A DNA stretch of 64,000 bases, from the NCBI RefSeq assembly GCF_009914755.1, contig NC_060937.1; one strand, written 5' to 3'. The notes beneath the pieces are model-generated. The model was not told where the DNA came from, did no database searches, and saw only the letters and a list, made by a program, of their open reading frames with translations. This document shows, one piece after another, positions 29,070-42,097 of the stretch. Every line of letters starts with the position of its first letter. Position 1 is the first letter of the stretch. The position numbers and the translations under genes were made by a program. The stretch comes from the human T2T-CHM13v2.0 reference genome, Homo sapiens.

Positions 29070-31640
29070 ACCAATCCTATTGACACTATTCCACAAGATA
29101 AGGAAAGAGGGAATCTTCCCTAAATCATTCTATGAAGCCAGTATCACACTAATACCAAAACCAGGAAAGGACATAACAAAAAAAGAAAACTATAGACCAA
29201 TATCCCTGATGAACATAGACACAAAAATACTTAACAAAATACTAGCTAACTGAATCCAATAGCATATCAAAAAGATAATCCGCAATGATCAAGTGGGTTT
29301 CATACCAGGGATGCAGGGATGATTTAACATACGCAAGTCAATAAATGTGATACATCACATAAACAGAATTATAAACAAATACCACATGATCATCTCAATA
29401 GATGCAAAAAAAGCATTTGACAAAATACAGCATCTTTTTATGATTAAAACTCTTAGCAAAATCGGCATACAAGGGACATACCTTAATGTAATAAAAGCCA
29501 TCTATGACAAACCCACAGCCAACATAATAATGAGGAAAAGTTGAAAGCATTCCCTCTGAGAACTGGAATAAGACATGGATGCCCACTTTCACCACTTCTC
29601 TTCAACAGAGTACTGGAAGTCCTAGCCAGAGCAATCAGCCAAGAGAAAAAAATAAATTGTATCCATATCAGTAAAGAGGAAGTCAAACTGTCACTGTTTG
29701 CTGATGATAATATTGTATACCTAGAAAACCATAAAGACTCCTCCAAAAAGCTCCTAGAACTTATAAATGAATTCAGCAAAGTTTCAGGATACAAAATTAA
29801 TGTAAACAAATCAGTAGCTCTGCTATATACCAACAGCGACCAAGCTGAGAATCAAATCAAGAACTCAACCCCTTTTACAATAGCTGTAAAATAAAAATTA
29901 AAAAAATAAAAACCTTAGGAATATACCTAACCAAGAAGGTCAATGACCTCTACAAGGAAAACTACAAAACACTGCTGAAAGAAATCACAGATGACACAAA
30001 CAAATGGAAACACATCCCATGCTCATGGATGGGTAGAATCAATATTGTGAAATTGATCATACTGCCAAAAGCATCTACAAATTCAATGCAATTCCTATCA
30101 AAATGCTACCATCGTTCTTCACAGAACTACAAAAAAAATCCTAAAATTCATATGGAACTAAGAAAGAGCCCACATAACCAAAGCAAGACCAAGCAAAAAG
30201 AACAAATCTAGAGGCATCACATTACCTGATTTCAAACTCTACTATAAGGCCATAGTCACCAAAACAGCATGGTACTGTTATAAAAATAGGCACACAGACC
30301 AATGGAACAGAATAGAAATAAACCCAAATACTTACAGCCAACTGATCTTCGACAAAGCAAACAAAAACGTAAAGCAAGAAAGGATACCCTATTCAACAAA
30401 TGGTGCTGGGATAATTGGCAAGTCACATGGAGGAGAATGAAGCCAGATCCTCATCTCTCACCTTATATAAAAATCAACTCAACATGGATCAAGGACTTAA
30501 ATTTAAGACCTGAAACTATAAAAGTTCTAGAAGATAACATCAGAAAAACCCTTCTAGACATTGGCTTAGGCAAAGATTTAATGACCAAGAACCCCAAAGC
30601 AAATGGAACAAAAACAAAGATAAATAGGTGGGACTTAATTAAACTAAAGAGCTTTTGCATGGTAAAAGAAACAGCAGAGTAAACAGACAACCCACAGAGT
30701 GGGAGAAAAATCTTCACAATCTATACATCTGACAAAGGACACATATTCAGAATCTACAAGGCTCTCAAACAAATCAGCAAGAAAAAAACAATCCCATCAA
30801 AACTGGGTTAAGGATGTAAACAGACAATTCTCAAAAGAAGATATGCAAATGGCCAACCAATATATGAAAAAATGCTCAACATCACTAATGATCACAAAAA
30901 TGCAAATCAAAACCACAATGCAATACCACCTTACTTTCACAAGAATGACCACAATCAAAAAATCATAGATGTTGGCATGGATGCAGTGAACAAGGAACAC
31001 TTTTACACTGCTGGTGGGAATGTAAACTAGTACAACCAATATGGAAAACAGTGTGGAGATTCCTTAAAGAACTAAAAGTAGAACTATCATTTGATCCACC
31101 AGTCACACTACTGGGTATCTACCCTGAGGAAAAGAAGTCATTATAAGAAAAAGATACTTGTACATACATGCTTATAGCAGCACAATTCGCAATTGCAAAA
31201 ATATGGAACCAGCCCAAATGCCCATCAATCAATGAATGGATAAAGAAACTATTATATATATATATACACTTAGCCATAAAAAGGAATACTACTTAGCCGC
31301 AAAAAGGAATGAATTAATGGCACTTGCAGCAACCTGGATGGGAGAGCATTATTCTAAGTGAAGTAACCCAGGAAGGAAAAACCAAATGTCGTATGTTCTC
31401 ACTCATGAGTTGGGGGCTAAGAGATGAGGATGCAAAGGCATAAGAATGATACAATAAACTTTGGGAACTTGGGGGAAAAGAGTAGGAATGGGGTGAGGGA
31501 TAAAAGGCTACAAATGGGGTTCTGTGGATACTGCTTGGGTGATGGGTGCACCAAAATCTCACAAATCACCACTAAAGAACTTACTCATATAACCAAACAC
31601 CATCTGTTTCCCAAAAACCTATTAAAATAAAAAATTTTAA
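29070..31640 (+). mobile_element. L1PB-type LINE-1, 5'-truncated (ORF2 RT to 3' UTR), frameshifted
   Basis: ORF pieces [42 protein letters not shown] and [10 protein letters not shown] match L1 ORF2p. The 3' UTR ends aaatcaccactaaagaacttactcat..cccaaaaacctattaaaataaaa. Confidence 0.96.
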
Positions 31641-31925
31641 ATATACATAATATATATTTTATATAATGTATATTATATATTATATAATATATTTTAATAG
31701 TACATAAAATATTTTGTTGTATGTTAAAATATATAATATATTAAATATATAATATAAAACATACATATAAAACTTACATATTAGAGTTGGAAATGAAATA
31801 TTTATATACATTTTTATATAAATTATATGAATATATAAAACACACATGTATATATGTTTATATATGTGTGTATAATATACGTGTGTGTCTGTATACACAC
31901 GTGTACATATGTGTGTGTATGTGTA
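31641..31925. repeat. AT-rich / (TA)(TG) low-complexity tract
   Basis: Directly visible after the L1 tail. Confidence 0.9.
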
Positions 31926-32954
31926 TCTGTTCTTCATCTATTACTAGAAGACACTGTGGACAAATACATAACATAATCATAGAAGTTCAGCATTAGAGAA
32001 AACTGATATTCCCTTCAAGCATGCCCTTGTGGAAACAGAATTTAGGAGGTTAAGAAACCTGGCCAAGGTCTTCAGCTATTGGATTACAAAGGCAGCAGCA
32101 CAATTCATCTCTGAACGGTTAAGTCTCCATGCCACTTGTGTGCCTAGTTACGTGTGTGCCTAGTTACATCCTCCTGCTTATTAACAGCTAAATACCACTT
32201 TAAGAATTAAAAGTCTATTCATTGGCATAAGAATAATATTTATGTGATAAGTTTCTTTTCCCCTAAAGTCAATGAAAATGACTCCTAGATTTTTTTCCTA
32301 AAATTTCCTTCTAGCATCAACTAGAACTGCCGAAATATTCAGAAGAGTGAAAGAATATTTCTCATCCCAGAGACTCCTAATATTTCCAGGTGTTTTTGCT
32401 ATGTGGGAGGGAAAAAAAGCCCTCTGGTTCTGTGCTAACATCTGGAAAAGATGTTAACTATACACCTTTTTTTTTTTTTTTCTAATTCCACAGATCTGGC
32501 TCAGCTGAGAAGCTCTTTTTCTTGGAAATGCAAACTTATTTTTATTGCTGCCTGGGAATATTTAGCCTTCCTGAAAACTTTGGTGTGCCTTTTACTATTT
32601 GAAAACCTGGAAGGTGCCTTTGAGTGAAAATATCATTCAAGTAGGTTTTGAGTGAAATTGAGATTTTTTTTAAACTCCAAACTTGACTGTAAGTGATTGT
32701 AACAATTAGTGCCACACATATATGGAGAGTTCAGTAGGTGCTGTTTATTATCTAACTGTAGATTGGCTTTCTTGATGTTTTTTCATAATAGATAGAATTT
32801 TCTTTGTTTTTATATTTTAGTTGCCTAAATTCATCTCATTACTGCACGTTGATTTTTGCCTTCCATTAAGCTTGAAATACTAATACTCTCATTTAGTTCA
32901 AAAGGTTGAGTTTAATCAACATGTTATTAAAATTTTTAAACCATTTATTATTCA

Positions 32955-33450
32955 TTTATTTTATAATTCATTCTGTCAGCAAATACTTGTTGAGGCTTTT
33001 CTCTGTGCAAGATACTGGGGTTACAGCAAAGAACAAGAGAGAAATGGTCCCTGCTCTCACAGAACTTGCATTGAAATGGGGGAGTAGTAGATTATTCACA
33101 AGTAGATAAAGATATGGAAACAATAATATTAGATACTCGTAAGTACTATCAATAAAATGGGATAAAGCGTGCTTGGACAGGGGAGTGGCTTTAGACAGCA
33201 CAATCAGGGATCAGCCTCCTCTTTCAGAAGGTGGCATTCAAAGAGAAGCCACTCAGCATGTAACCTGGGGGAGAGGGATCCTTGCAAAGGGGGCACTGAG
33301 GCAAAGAACAAGCTTAGGATGTTCTAGAAACGTGAGAAACAGAAAGCCTCTGAATGGTTGGAGAGTAGTGAGTAAGGGGAACAGTAATGAGAGATGAGGT
33401 TAGACAGGCTGACAGAGCCACATCACACAAGGCTTTGTAGGATTTGGGAA
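32955..33450 (-). mobile_element. L2 LINE 3' portion
   Basis: ttcattctgtcagcaaatacttgttgaggc...tgtgcaagatactgggg...atggtccctgctctcacagaact. Confidence 0.8.
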
Positions 33451-36400
33451 GTAAGTAATCAACAGAAATTTATGGAGCAATGTAATAATGGGAGGAAGAA
33501 TCAGTGAAAGAGTGAGTGGAGATGGAAGGAAGGAATGAAGGAAGGGAGATATTGTGTAAAGATACAAACGCTGATTTTGCAGAGAAATTAAAAGTACCTA
33601 GAACTGAATTGGACAAGAATATTCTGCCTTTTCCAAGGATAGTAATGGTCAGAGCACGGCATACCTTGGTCTGAGTTAATATAGGTAATACGATAGGGGA
33701 GCGGGCAGCTGGAAAACGGAAACAAGTTCACAAAAAGAGATACACACATTTGAAACTGCTTTAACCAGTACTATCTGTATTCGTGGTTATTCGAATTGCT
33801 TCAACATGTGTATAATGTGTAGTGTGGTATGTGTATGCATACATTGATCCTTATTTGTATCATACTTTAGATGTGCTTTATCAGTATAATGAATATTAGA
33901 ATCAGTTTTTAATTGGTGGGATATATGTTGTTTAAGTTAAGGGGTTGGCTTGGAGTGATGCTCTTGCATAAATAAAGTGTTAAAACCAGCCAGCCCATCA
34001 GTTACACCAGCTTTGAGGTACATGAGGTCTGGAGGCCATGGGTTCTGGTTCTATTCACTAAAGACCTTGACCACAAGAGATTTGCCAATCCTGTGGGTGG
34101 TAAAAATGCCACTGAATATGCTTCAGAAGATTCAGAGGGAAGCTTCTATACAAAGCTTAGGTTGGTATATCAGAAGACAGAGGGGTAGGGATATTACTTT
34201 TCCAGATAGGCTGTGTGACCACTCTTGCGTGTTTGCTGATAAATGCCTACGTGTTTGGCTATTTCAGGTCTGAGGCTCATTTTCCTTGTGACAAATGCCT
34301 GATAGTTTGTGGGGCAGAAACTTACAGCTCTCCTTTCTCCCTCTGTTGGGAACCACCTGATACTGCTGATGTTGCCAAAAATCCATCTGAATGACCAAAC
34401 CAGTTTGTGTTGGTCAACTAAGTCAGTGTCCAAAAAAAAGCAAACAAGTGAACAACAGGGCTTGGTATGATTATTTAAGATCTTCTAGCCCTGGGGAGAT
34501 CTTTATCCACACCCACATTTTGATGGACAATAAGAACTGCTGTCATGTTTGTTCACATTTACATTTCTGCAGTCTCAGACCAGTCCTTGGAGAAGCTTGA
34601 AGGGGTCAAACTGTCATATTCTCCCAAAGAATCTACTGGAGAAGTTATAATAATAATGCTTAATATCTCACAATTCAACTTGCCTTTAAAGCCCGGCATC
34701 ACTTTAAAAGAAAAGAGAGATTGTATCCAGACAAGCCATAATTAAAGAAAGGGTTTAGCCTAGAAAGAGCTTTGATTTCTGATGATGAATAGAAGTGTAT
34801 GACTAGAAATAAAGCAACAAAGACTGGATTTACCAAGATTTCCAGTCATTTCCTACTAAAATCTTGAGGAAATTTACCATCTTATGCTTGCATTTCAGCC
34901 CCTGAAATGGAAGCGTCATGGGAATGCTTTCTGCAGTGGGGATGTTTGCACAATGAGTTTATTAATTGATGCATGTAGACAAGAGACTGTTGGGTGGTGC
35001 TAGGAAGAAGAAACCAGCACCCTCAGAGAAGAGGTAGGGGTAGTGCCCTGCCCCGTGCAGAGTGGACTTTACTGAATAGAACTTCATACCCTAAGAACTG
35101 GATTGCCCCTCATCACTCTGTGGCCTTGGTATACATATGAATTGCATTATTTTTAAAGGAATATGATCCTTGAAAACAGTTTTAAAAGACAAATGATGCA
35201 CTACTAATAGACTTATGTAGGAATCCCCTGTCCCATCCTCCTATCTCCAGTGTGGCTACCCTGAAGCAAGAACCTTCAACTTCTCTACCCTGAATCAACT
35301 GCAGTGCCATTCTCCCCAATGGCATTTACCTCCATGTTTCTAAGTATGTGTTTGTGCTGCTTGTAGTTGATTTATGGTAGAGAAGACTTTAGCTCTCTCA
35401 TATTACCATTCCATTTCCTCTATACCCCTGCTTCCTAATTTGGTGATATTACCAGTTTTCTATTTGCTTGGTTGTCTATGTACATATGGTTTGTTTTCCC
35501 CTTAATCCAGTGCTTCTACTTGTCAAATTTATCATGTCAGATCTGGTAGGTCCATTTTCTGTTCTCTTGAAGATCTGCCTTCTAAAGCCTCACATTGTTA
35601 TATAGCAGTCGAGAGTAGTTGTTCTGCAACATAGAACTTGCCTTTGAAATTCCCCTTAACTTCATTATTTGTTCTTATTTTCATTTTTCTTCTGAGATTT
35701 ATCTGAATTCCTGGATCCCATGTCTTCCCTGTCTTGATTTTTTGACCTGAGAGTAGTGAATCAGATCTTCTATCAGCTTCCCAGGAAGGGGGCCAGGATG
35801 AAACATTTTTAAAAACCAATATATCTGAAAGTATTTTAATTAGCATGTATGTTGGATATAGAATTATGGGCTGAAAATCACCATCATTCTGAATTCCAAA
35901 AAAATTGCTTCCAATGTTACTATTAAAGCATCCAATACCACTCTAGTTCCTGGTTCTCTGTATGTGACCATTTATTCTCTTTTGGAAAGTTTTTTAAAAA
36001 TATTACTTTCCTATTATTCTGAAATTTCCCCAAGATGTTCCTTGGTTTCCATCATTTTCATTCATCTTTTTACCTGTTAAGTGAGACTATCCAATATGGA
36101 AACTCATGGTCTTCAGTTTGGGGAAATTTTCTTGAACTTTTCTTCAATAATTTTATCCCCTTTATTATTTTTCCTATTCCCTTTCCAGAACTCCTATCAG
36201 TTAGACGTCAAATCTCATAGATCAGTCATTTAATTTTTTAGTCTTTATTTGTATCAGTGTTTTGGCTTTCATTTTTAGGAAACTTCTCCTCATTTATTTT
36301 TCAACCCTCTTAGTGACTTCTTTCCAGCTAATTTATAATTCACTTTTTTGGCACTGCATTCATTTTTGATTGTCCTATTTTTATGGCTGCACATTTTTGC

Positions 36401-38079
36401 AAGCCCGGATCTGCTTAGCTCTCTGAGGAGAGGGATTATACTTTCTTACTTAAGTTGCTTCCTGTTGCCTTCATCATCTTTGTCATCTGAGTTTCTTTCA
36501 TTTGTGCTTTGTTTTTTTAGTTGTTTGTTTTGACTTGGGTCTTTTATTTTGGAGGGGCTCCTTCAAGTTCTGGTGCCTAGTAATCCTTAGCAATCTTTTT
36601 ATTAAAAGTGTGGTTTTGAAAGTCAGAGTGTAAATTCACAGTATCTTAGTAGGACCTATTGAGGGTGAGCTCCACCACAGATAATTTTTTTATGAAAGCC
36701 TCAAATATTTACATTCATATCCATTGTGTGTGTTTGTGTGTGTGTGTGTATATATACATATATATATGTATATATATGTTGAGTTTTCTAAAAACTAACA
36801 ATTTAATTGATAGCCCCTGAGGGAAATAAGACTCGTATAGGCCAAGTAAGGAAGCAGGGTGGATTATCGCTGTTCAGTTGGCTCAGTTTCACTTAATTCC
36901 TCTTTTCTTTCATACTGCCTTCTGCTGTGTCCAGTATTCCTGAGTCTAAAGCCTGGGGTCTCAATTGGGAAAGAGGTAACTTCCTATCTGAAAGATCACA
37001 GGTGAAAATCTGAGGTCAAATTTCTCCTGTAAGAGTATTTATACAAATCTTCTTGTTAACCTCACACCTCACACATCTTGTCGCTTTCAGTTTTTGAATC
37101 TTTGAGTCTTTTCTGCATTGTTGACAGAAGCACAATGATGGAGCTGTCCAGCTCTACAGTTTCCATATGTGAGAGGCTTAATGATGTCAATACTGTTGGA
37201 GGTAGAGATTAGGGAACTGTCTTGAATCTGAGTGATCAGCCTCTGGGAAGCCTGTCCTCTTATGCACAGGGCAAGTCTCGGTGAGAGGGGCAGCTGTGAC
37301 TCATCAGCAGTTACTACTGTCATCAGCGAGATGGGTGGATACATGGGCCCCGGAGAGGGGATCTGGGAGGCACCACAACATCCACTAGGGAGACAGTCAG
37401 AGTCCAGATACAAAGTAACTTATGAACTCAGAGAGTATTTGGGCTTTATACTATAAACAATGGAGAGCTACTACAATATTTTCAATAGGGAATGGACGTG
37501 ATGAAATTTGCATGCTAGAAAGATGTCTTAGGGAGCAGGATAAATGTAGACACAAAAAGATAAGAATAAATGCAGAGAGACCAGTTGGGAGGCTATGGCA
37601 ATAGTGTACGAGGTATAAGATGAAGATCTGAAATACATACATTGAAGTGGAAGGCTAGATTACTAAGAGGTGGGCTCAATGTGATTCAGGGATTTACCAG
37701 AAAATCCAGATGAATTGTAGACAGGAACCAAAGGTAACTCTCACAATTATGTCTACAGGGAATAAGTTAAAATGATATGATTAACAAAAATTGGGAATAT
37801 AGGAAAAGGATCTGGTGTTATATAGATTCAAGCTGAATCCACAGTCATCTCAGGGGGATACCTAAGGCCAAAATGTCATCTGACAACTGATCCAGAATCC
37901 ACTATATCACCTGCATCCTTTGTTGACTCATAAATTTATTATTCATGTTGTACATTATTTTTAGTTATTTTTGCCATAAATATATATCGAGTATGTAATA
38001 TGTATTGGGCACTATTTTAGATGATGGCAGAAAAAAGTGGTAGCCTATGTAATGGTAAACTAAGAAAAGTAAAGCAACC

Positions 38080-38850
38080 GATGGGATCTTTCATAATATT
38101 TTTCTGGGCAAAATGAAGAAATAGGTTCATATCAGACAACTCAGTACACTTGTAAGTGGTTGGATGGCCTCTTCAATATGTGCTAAGAGGCTAATATTGT
38201 CTTAAGAAAGATTGTATCTAAACTTGGTCCTCAGCCTAATTTTTTTTCAAATATCTTCTTAATTATTTGAATAAAGGTACAGAATGTGTGCTCATCATAT
38301 TACTTTTGAGAGGGTGAAATAAATATAAAACAAGTAACCATAGTTATTTTTACCGACTGGATAAAAGAACAAAGCTTAGATGAAAAATAATAAAGATAAA
38401 TATCAATTTGTGTTTGGGGAAAAATACACTTTTAAAAGCACACAACTGGGACAACGTGGCATTCAAAAAAGTGAATATGACCTTCAGTTTTATTGGGAGA
38501 AATATAGCATATGAAACAAGAATACTCAAAGTACTGATCTATTCCACATCCATTAGGCCACAGCTTCTTGAATGGTTTCAGTTGTATATATCATACTTTC
38601 CAAAAGGCATCCATCCCAGAAAAAGCAAAAATGCTCAGAAAATCAGGGTTTTGAAAGCTTGAAGTTATAATACGTAAGAAAGAGGTGAAGGCAATGAAAA
38701 TATTTATCTTTAAGAAGTGTAGAATTGTTTGGGGGTTATATAGACTGGGGAATATACTATTACATCATTGAATATTTGATTCAAGGCTAGTGGCTAGAAT
38801 ATTATTTTAAATGTCTTCTTAGAGTAGACCTGGAACCAAGGGGTGAAACC
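38080..38850 (+). mobile_element. L3/CR1-like LINE relic
   Basis: Degenerate CR1 RT-region motifs (aatatcttcttaattatttgaataaagg..tgtgctcatca; ctattccacatccattaggccacagct). Confidence 0.45.
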
Positions 38851-39339
38851 TTCAAAGCAATTCTCAGAAAAGGATGTGGTCCTCTTAATTTTTGTTTTTT
38901 TACCAAGGCCACCTAATTACTTGGCAAATATACGGTATGTTATCAACAAATTTAGTTTTGAACTAGACAACCTTTAAAAAATACCTTGAAGGCTGAAATT
39001 CTCTGATTGTGTAACCTGAGGACTGAAGGACTCCATTCAAGGACTAGGGTGTTTTCAATCTTTTTGAATTCAGTTCCAGATGCACCCGGTCCTTTCAGGC
39101 ACCCTTCATTATGCATCCAACCTACTGCTGTGTCCCCAGCCAGCAGAAGTGAGAAACTCAGGACCTTTCTTGGCACATGTGCGTCCTTGAGGTTCTGAAA
39201 ACTGGGAAAATGGAAGGAGTAGGTGTTTCCAAGGCATTCAATACTTTGGTTAAAAAAAAAAAAAAAGAATGCTAAAAGGCATAAATTTAAAGTTACCCTT
39301 TGATTTTGACAGAGTTTCTGTGGATCCAAGACTTTCGAC

Positions 39340-39841
39340 TGAGTCACCAAGTCAGCCACAATATAACTATTTCAACTGACTGGGAATATTATTTCTGAGT
39401 CATAGTAATGTAATGATCTGAACATTTATATTCTCTCAGTTACCTAGTACATACTAACTTCATTTCAAAGGTGAATAATATATTAAAGAGAATATTGCTT
39501 ATTGAATACTACACTGTATGAAAATACTACAGGTTAAAAAATCACTTAAATCCATTAAAAATGTTCAAATATCAAGTCCCTATTTCATAATAAATTTTCC
39601 CTCAGAAAATATGCAAGGAGTAAACAATACATGACTCATTTATTAAAGCTTCCATGTTTTTATTGCAAATTCCTAGTTGGGCTTTGGAATAGATACTTCC
39701 CTTCTATCATTACCACATTCTCTGAGTCACTAGGTTTCTAGATGTTGACAGGAAAGCCTGTTCCTATGTCCTTGTACTATCACACGTGGGCAGGATAAAA
39801 TGTAACTCTAGAATTTGTACTAAAGGTGGGTGGAAATTCCA
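39340..39841. promoter_or_regulatory. Candidate enhancer: 4 AP-1 sites plus FOX, E-box and kB-like motifs
   Basis: TGASTCA at 39340, 39396, 39632 and 39723; GTAAACA at 39620; CACGTG at 39783; TGGAAATTCCA at 39831. Function is inferred. Confidence 0.55.
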
Positions 39842-39884
39842 CTCTTAGATCCAGGCACCCTCAGGCGTCAGCCCTGAGCCCTGT

Positions 39885-40060
39885 GCTTTGCAAACTTCTC
39901 AAGCTATTATTATGTAAAAATAGATATCTTGGGATATTATTCAAATGCACTCTGTGATTCCTTAGAGCTGGGGTTGGGGCCTGAGAAGTTGCATTTCCAT
40001 AAGTTCCCAAATGATGCTGATGTTGCTGCAGGTCCATGGACCACGCTTTAAGAACAACTG
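39885..40060. mobile_element. MER5-type (hAT-Charlie) DNA element
   Basis: ggggttggggcctgagaagttgcatttccataagttcccaaatgatgctgatgttgctgcaggtccatggaccacgctttaagaacaactg. Confidence 0.82.
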
Positions 40061-41699
40061 ACTTAGTAATTCCCATTCTGTCTCTTTTAGACAGGCCCTT
40101 CCCCCACAGGCTGCAGTTCATGTGACTTAGGGAACCTGCCAACTCAGAACCTGTGTCCTTTTTTCCTAAGCCGCACTTTGGTTATCCAAGACCCCAGAAT
40201 TACCTGTCCAGACAGCCTCCCAAAACTGTGCATACCTGTCCCCAGTCTGTCCTTGCAATAGAAGACTCCACCAGTGTGTACACACCTGTATCTAAGTGTG
40301 GCCAGAAAATCAGCTATTTGAAAAAGGTTAAATTGTGTGGGTAGGGGTTGGGGGGTGGGGGGACACACAGATGGGCCTCATGCAAAACCTCCCCTATTAC
40401 AGGGTGGAGATTGGGGTAGAAACAGAAATGTACTATGATTAGAGGACCTTCATCGTCTTCTTGCTCCAGCAGGCTAGTGTTGTGGTGGTCTTACCCTTAT
40501 ACCTACTTATATATAAAGGACAGGGAGAAATCCCATCCTATTATGGCTCATCCCTGATTTTAAGGATCTGGGACCACAGATGATTCTTGGATGGTTCTAT
40601 TTCATGAGGAAGGATTGCATGTACAGTGCTCTTCTTAGGGTGAATGAAAAATGTTTTCCCCCTTCCATATAACCCTCTACACATTTTCCCAGATGACCAT
40701 AAATGTAGGGGATAGTGTATGCACTTTGGATTTCAGCTGAAATACGACTAACTTCCTCTGTGAATTTGAGCAAGTCAGTTGACCTCTTTGCCCTCAGTTT
40801 CTTTATCTTTAAAATGGGAGTAAGAATGTCTCCCTGTTCTCTTCCATCTCCTTCTTATTTCTACCCAATTTAATTCAATACTTTTTTCAGTTTTTTGTTC
40901 AGATGCTACCATCTTTGATTAGATCAAGTGCCTGTATCTCATCTGGAAGTAACTTCTCACTGCACTTGCAACCCTTTGTTCTTTTTTTTTGTGGTTTTGT
41001 GTTGATTAATGTCTTTCTAGCTCATTGGACTCTGAGAGAGCAGGGATCATGTCTCCTTAGTTCTCTGTTATATTCATTCTGTCTTGCACAAAACCTGGCA
41101 CCTGATAGATGCTAAATCCCCATTTGCTAATGCATAAATAAATGTGTGATTATTGTCATAATTAGAGAAAACATACTAAATGACTGGCACATAGTAGGTG
41201 CTTAGTAAATGACACCAATTGTTTTTCAGTGCAATTTGTGCTATAAATAAACATTTAATTTTCTTTTCTCACATTTGATATATGGGGAGAATGGGGTGAA
41301 TTTGAGACAACTACAATTTAAACTGTCCAAGTCACCAACAAATTGTGGTGTGATAAGCTACTGGCCTAAACAGCTGGAAGCATGACACGCTTTTTAAAGA
41401 CTAAAGAAATGAAATATCCAGTTTAAATCAAAGGATAATAAATGCAAGAAAAAGTTGTGTTTGTCAGATTTCCTTGCCCCGGCCCCAACCCAAACTCCAA
41501 AGAGTGCATCTACTTTAAAAGCGTGTGGTGAAAGTAATTCCCTACCCAAGTGTTCCCACTACTGTCACTGGCCTCACCCTTCTCCACAACTCAGGGATTA
41601 TTTTAAAGGTTTCTTTAATATCGGCCAGTCCAAATATTCTCTTGTCAAATATTTCTGTGGCCCGTACTTGAAATCTGTGAACAGGACACTTTTTTTTTT

Positions 41700-41999
41700 T
41701 TTAATGTCAAAATAAACCATCTGCTTGTACAACTGTTTCTAATTACTTCCCTGCCTAAACTCTCCACTGAGGGGTTTGGCACCAGCACCCCGCCCAGAGC
41801 AGTGCCGCTGCCCAAATCCTCGCAGGCAGCTCATCAACGCAATTGCAACTCCGGCTGGAGCCCCGGACCTGCAAGCCTGGGTGTCCGTGGGTCCGTCTGC
41901 CCAGCCATCTGCTGGTGGCACCTCTCCCTCCTGCCGCCTCCCTCGGTGAACCCCACCTTGCAGAAGTGCAGCTCGCCCGGAGCAGCCCAGGAGCTCAGC
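41700..41999 (+). promoter_or_regulatory. ITGBL1: ITGBL1 proximal promoter / 5' UTR
   Basis: GC-rich leader directly upstream of the ATG, with a GC box ccccgccc near 41788. The TSS cannot be fixed from sequence. Confidence 0.75.
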
Positions 42000-42097
42000 A
42001 TGCGTCCCCCAGGCTTCAGGAACTTCTTGCTGCTGGCGTCCTCCCTTCTCTTTGCTGGGTTGTCAGCTGTTCCTCAAAGCTTCTCGCCATCTCTGAG
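42000..42097 (+). CDS. ITGBL1: Integrin beta-like protein 1, coding exon 1 (signal peptide)
   Basis: ATG at 42000 encodes [32 protein letters not shown](R), which I recognise as the ITGBL1 N-terminus. It ends at the consensus donor AG|GTAAGT; 98 nt, phase 2. Confidence 0.97.

Noticed and set aside
29347-30968. Reverse-transcriptase-like ORFs as a novel RT system
   Set aside because: They are frameshifted fragments of ordinary LINE-1 ORF2 in a 5'-truncated old copy.
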